Below, in pieces: positions 58,965 to 64,000 of a stretch of 64,000 bases of DNA (the stretch's first letter is position 1; each line of letters begins with the position of its first letter). Made by a program: the position numbers and the translations under genes. The notes under the pieces are model-generated. The model was not told the origin of the DNA. It saw nothing but the letters and a program-made list of their open reading frames with translations, and did no database searches. The stretch spans positions 42,346,001 to 42,410,000 of the forward strand of contig OZ024756.1 of NCBI GenBank assembly GCA_964016885.1, in the 5' to 3' direction. This DNA comes from Eledone cirrhosa. Its lineage: Eukaryota.

Positions 58965-61900
58965 TATACACCGCACTACTAGATTGAGTTCTATTTCTCA
59001 TGTTGCCAAATCTAAACCAACGTCCCTCCTTATATGGTTTTTCTTTCTTTCTCTCTAGGGTGATTTTGGTCCTTTTGAAGCTGGAATACCAACTTTAGTC
59101 CCTTTGTGGTTAGCTGTGAATCTAAAACAGAGATGCTGTGGTCGAATTCTTCCTCCAGCTTGGATGAATATAGGTAATGAATTTCATTTGTCAAAACTGA
59201 TACGATATATAGACCTGTCACTCGTGTTAGAGTCATAAGAACACTCCCACTTTTATCAGTTGTGTCAAAGACACTGCTGGTGCCATGATAAAACACACTC
59301 ACTAGAACGTGGGAATGTATGTAAGTGAGGTGCAGGGCCCTAACTTGTCTGAGAGGTCAGTAGCTCTGCTTGATTACTGGTTCTGTCTGTAAAGACTTGC
59401 TAGCAGGGAAGATGGACATTAAATGATGATGATGATGGTAGTGACCGGCTGTCAGAGTAAAACTTTTCTGGTCTTCACTTCCGTTTCATTTCAGCCTCGG
59501 TTTTTAATTAAAAAACTTCAGTTATATTTATCTTAAATATTCTAATGTGCACCAGATTCTGTATAGATATTTAAAGGCATCCAGCCATAGAAAGCCTGTC
59601 AAAATATAGTGTTGGGAGGACCATTCAGTTGTGTCAAAGATTTCACAATCTCTTTAGACTGACACCTGCTTCAATACTGACTCGGTCCCCGAAGACCTGA
59701 CTAACCCTTGCCAGGGGAGAAATTGAAAGTTAAATGATGATTGCGGTGGACAAAATGCTTTGTTCTAGCTATCAGGACTCTGTGTTAAAATCCATTACCT
59801 TTACCTTGGACAACATCGGTGGCATGGAGAGGGGAGACTGGTATGTATGGGTGACTTCTGGTCTGCCACTAAAACACCTTGCCTGGACTTGCACTTCGAG
59901 GGGGAACTTTCTAGGTGCAAATTTCTTGGTAATTAATGACCGAAGTAGGTCTATGATGTTACAGCTGAACTCGGTTTACGGTTGATATTTTACAGATGAC
60001 CTGAATATGAAGAAACAGGAAGAACTTGAAAGTAAACTGTTTACCAAAATGCCATCTCAATATTATATTGAAATAACGCAACTTTTATTAAAAAGGTAAG
60101 TTATACAGGTTCATACTTTAATAAAACTTCTGGGCTTGTCTTGAATCATTTTCAACAGTTGAACCCTTTAAATACCAAACTGCTCTTGCTTCTATGATGA
60201 AAAAAAACCCCAGTTTTTAAGGGTTTATAATTATCTAAAAAACACCTACTATGAAAAGCAATGTGGAATGATGTAATTTGCTCAAGAACACATGCTGCCT
60301 GGTCAAGAAATTGAACCTGCAACCTTGTGGTTAACACCCTAACCACTAGACCACAGCATACACCTTCACTATGGTCAACAGTCCAACACCCTAACCACTA
60401 GACCACAGCATACACCTTCACTATGGTCAACAGTCCAACACCCTAACTACTAGACCACACCTTCACTGTTATCAGGATATATACTCTACTATTTTACCAA
60501 TTTTTCAGTGCCCCAGAAGATATCCCGAAAGCCGATGAACTACGAACTCTCATCAAAGACATCTGGGATTTACGTAAAGCCAAATTACGGAGCAGTATCG
60601 ACACTTTTATTAAAAGTGATGCTACACACGCTAAGGTAATCATTTCCAGAAATTTATAACATCATCAGAAACATATATAAGTAAGATGTAGACACCCCCC
60701 CCCCCCACCCGGCACCTGTGGGAGGTCATTGGGTCATTGGTGCTACTTGTTTATTGACCTGGTCTGTGAAGACCTGTCCTGATGTCTCTAGTTACACTAG
60801 TACTAACTACGTCTGTGACGGGTCCTTTTCACCATAGCATCTTTCCACTTGCCTTGTTCCTTTGTGATTTCTTTTTCTTTCTTTTCTCTATTCATCTATC
60901 TCTGTGTATGAGGGACAATGTATACATATGATAATAATGCAATGAACAACCTTTTGATGCCTCTGAAATGTACATAACAGGATAATGTAATGAAATGAAC
61001 TGATGTTGAATATGTGATACCGTCTCTTCCTTTTCTTAATATATATATATGTTTGGTCCATGACAATCTGTCCAACCCATACTAGCAGGGAAAACATGTA
61101 AACTCCTTTTTCACTTGTGGCTCTTGTGGTTGTATATTAGTATTTCACACTAATCTCCTTTTGTTTTGACTCTACCTCACAAAGCCAAATAGTATTTTAA
61201 CTCGACCATACCAAAATTACTCTAAGTTTATAAATTATTAAGATGAAAACATGACATTTTCAGTGAAGATTCCAAACTGAAGTTTCTAGAGTATATTTAC
61301 AGATTATTAAATAGGATCTATCTAGGGCAGGTATAATTCCCGAGATCCATGGACAAGTTCTCTCCAGTGGTCTCTGTCCCTCATTATCGCTGCCATGTCC
61401 TGCGTCTCCAAGAGACCAGTGTCTGTCCTTAGGGCATCAACATATGTTAACCTCGGTCTTCCTCTTCCAGTGTGTCCATGCAGAAGCACTGAGTGCAGTG
61501 TCAACTCTTGATGTCGGTGAGCATGTCCAGCTAACCTCAGTCTCCTCTGTGTCACTTTTGAGCTGACTTTTGGGAGGCTCCCATACAGTTCTGAGTTTTT
61601 CATCCTCAGTGTATACTGATTAATGTTCAGAGCCATCCTCAGCATTCTCGTGTAGCACCCATCCACCATCTGAGTGAGTTTCTTGGTCAGTGTCCAAGTC
61701 TCAGACCCGTACAGCAGAACAGACTCCACTACAGCAATGAAGAGGCGGATTTTCAGGTCTTTACGAAGGTCTAACTTCCACACCAATCTCAAGCTGTGGC
61801 ACGCCACCCAGGCTTTGCTCTTCCTCTCAACCACATCATCTTCCGTATTCCCAAAGATTAAATAGAATAAACAATTTAATATAATAAAGTGTAAGTTTAT

Positions 61901-62073
61901 AGTACATGTTTGGTTTCATAATCCTGATATTTTCCTCTTCTGTTCAGTTGAATCATCTGACACCAATGGAGATCAACACTATTCGTTCTGTTCTTACACA
62001 AACTATGAACCATATCAATATTCTAAGAAATAATATTCATTCTAAATATTCTGAAGATTCACAAAATATGTGA
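56625..62073 (+). CDS. GINS2: DNA replication complex GINS subunit 2 (Psf2), 185 aa, 5 exons
   Basis: Exons 56625-56714, 59059-59173, 59996-60095, 60509-60635, 61948-62073 (558 nt). Translation [21 protein letters not shown]...[25 protein letters not shown]...PPAWM...[13 protein letters not shown]...[26 protein letters not shown]...[16 protein letters not shown] matches Psf2 hallmarks. Confidence 0.95.
56795..57125. repeat. CT-rich low-complexity repeat in GINS2 intron 1
   Basis: Visible directly; source of several spurious ORFs. Confidence 0.85.
57720..58370. mobile_element. Non-autonomous DNA transposon with ~220-bp TIRs and 8-bp target duplication CCAATTAG
   Basis: CCAATTAG|GGCGATATCC...GGATATCGTC|CCAATTAG; inserted into one arm of an older palindrome (57654-58605). 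Confidence 0.85.
61322..61845 (-). mobile_element. RTE-like LINE ORF2 3' fragment in GINS2 intron 4
   Basis: [22 protein letters not shown]...RRLRLAGH...GRGRPRLTY...DRDHWR. Confidence 0.85.
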
Positions 62074-62087
62074 ACATCTCATTGTTT

Positions 62088-62093
62088 AATAAA
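62088..62093 (+). promoter_or_regulatory. Polyadenylation signal of GINS2
   Basis: AATAAA 14 nt after the TGA, with a T-rich tract downstream. Confidence 0.55.
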
Positions 62094-62149
62094 AAGTTAT
62101 AAAAAAAAATTTGTTAATCATTTTGTTTTCATCTGTTGAGGAAGTATAA

Positions 62150-62660
62150 ATGTGACTGGGGGGGGGAGTAATAGAGCCAGTGATGGATGTTGGGAGAGTG
62201 AAATGGAATATGATGGTTAGGTCATGTGTTGTGGAAGGATGAAAGTGACTGGGGGGGGGGAGTAATAGAGCCAGTGATGGATGTTGGGAGAGTGAAATGG
62301 AATATGATGGTTAGGTCATGTGTTGTGGAAGGATGAAAGTGACTGGGGGGGGGGGGGGGGGAGTAATAGAGCCAGTGATGGATGTTGGGAGAGAGAAATG
62401 GAATGAGATGGTTAGGTCATGTGTTGTGGAAGGATGAAAGTGACTGGGGGGGGGGGGGGGAGTAATAGAGCCAGTGATGGATGTTGGGAGAGAGAAATGG
62501 AATATGATGGTTAGGTCATGTGTTGTGGAAGGATGAAAGTGACTGGGGGGGGGGGGGGGTAATAGAGCCAGTGATGGATGTTGGGAGAGAAATGGAATGA
62601 GATGGTTAGGTCATGTGTTGTGGAAGGATGAAAGTGACTGGGTGGGGGGGGGGAGTGATA
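62150..62660. repeat. ~95-bp tandem repeat with variable poly-G, ~5.5 copies
   Basis: GTGACT(G)nAGTAATAGAGCCAGTGATGGATGTTGGGAGAG..GGAAGGATGAAA. Confidence 0.9.
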
Positions 62661-63104
62661 GAAATGAATTTGGAAGGAAGTAGAGGAAGGAGAGCAAGAA
62701 AGACCTGGCTAAAGATGGAGGGAGGAAATGAAGGCTACTAAACTTGAGGAATTTAAATGTTTTTTTGTTTCTGTTTTTCTTTTATTTTAAACCTGAAGAG
62801 CCTGGATTCCTTGTTGCCAAACAGTTTTATACCTTATACACTTGTGTATAAGCCACAACTCCTGCCCAACAATATTTTACCATAAGCTCCCAGTTCACAC
62901 TGTAAAGTGGTTGTGTAGGTGACATGACAAAAAGTACCCAGTTCACACTGTAGATGTGGTTGGTGTTAGGAAGGGCACCCAGCCTTAGAAATCAAGCCAA
63001 AATTATGAGCAAGACATGGCCACCTGACTTGGCTTGTCTCAATGAGACAACTCGTCTAACCCATGCTAGCATGGCAAATGGACATTAAATAGTGATGATG
63101 ATGA

Positions 63105-63365
63105 TACTTGAGTATAAGTCACACAGTTTTTGCCCAACAATATACCATATACACTTGAGTATAAGTCTCACCATTCTTGCCCCCAAAATATGCCATACAC
63201 CCTAGTGTATAAGTCTCACAATTCTTGGCCAACAATATACCATACACCCTTGTGTATAAGTCTCACCATTCTTGCCCCGAAATATACTATAGACCCTTGT
63301 GTATAAGTCTCACCATTCTTGCCCAACAATATTATACTGTATACACTTGTGTATAAGTCACACCA
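63105..63365. repeat. ~48-bp tandem repeat resembling a pogo/Tigger-type terminus
   Basis: Unit ~CCATACACCCTTGTGTATAAGTCTCACCATTCTTGCCC..AATAT. Confidence 0.65.
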
Positions 63366-64000
63366 TGAAGGAAAAACCAGCTTACAACTCCTCTGCTACA
63401 CCTGAAAATCTTCAGTGGGGGATTTGAACTTCCGATCTTGCAGAGGAGCTTGACAGTACGGTGTCCAAGTACACCCGAGGTCTCGAAGGCAGCCGGTATG
63501 AAGAGGAAGAGGCTGGGCAATCCCTGATATTTGTCTGTCTTCCTTTCCTCTGTATTGTGGGCCACATCAATTTTCTGAAAATTTTAGATATTTCCACTCT
63601 ACCTTCTAATACCTTCAATGTGAACACAATACATTTTTTTTTAAAATAAAATCTTTTCATAATATAATTTTCAGAATCTTTTATTATATTATATTTTGAT
63701 ATAACATTTTTAAAATTTCATATTACAATAAGGAACATTTTTTAATGCTTGTAAATTTTAATGAAAGTTTTAAATTCAAGAAGTAAAACCAATGTTATTT
63801 GAAGCCCAAATGATGGTATTTTTGTTTTATAAAACATCTTGGTTTATTAGACTAGAAATCATACTAAGGTATAGCTATATATGGGCAGTAATACAAAATA
63901 ACGTGTAATGTAATTAATTTATTTTTTCATAAGACTAATTTTTTTTACACACATGTATGTATATATATATATACATGTATGTATGTGTGTATATATATAT

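Overview
AT-rich, intron-rich animal genomic DNA. The repeat landscape resembles octopus/coleoid cephalopod, which is an inference only. Three spliced protein-coding genes can be built by hand with GT-AG junctions in consistent phase: (1) the 3' half (31 exons, ~2,180 codons) of an axonemal outer-arm dynein heavy chain of the DNAH5/DNAH8 class, + strand, 1..45701; (2) a complete TMEM143 (DUF3754) gene, - strand, 48951..54417; (3) a complete GINS2/Psf2 gene, + strand, 56625..62073, head-to-head with TMEM143 and with an overlapping double E2F site just upstream of its ATG. Introns are packed with tRNA-derived SINEs, RTE/CR1/CRE LINE fragments, piggyBac-, mariner- and pogo-like MITEs, a Helitron, foldback palindromes in (TA)n tracts and many local tandem arrays. 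Most notable: several sequence-unrelated type-I hammerhead ribozyme motifs (the two best preserved lie in one dynein intron, antisense to the gene) that suggest non-autonomous Penelope-like/retrozyme-type elements; repeated tandem amplification of authentic 5' splice sites; satellites born from TE fragments; and nested insertions whose empty sites are present in the same window. Most long ORFs in the supplied track are microsatellite artefacts.
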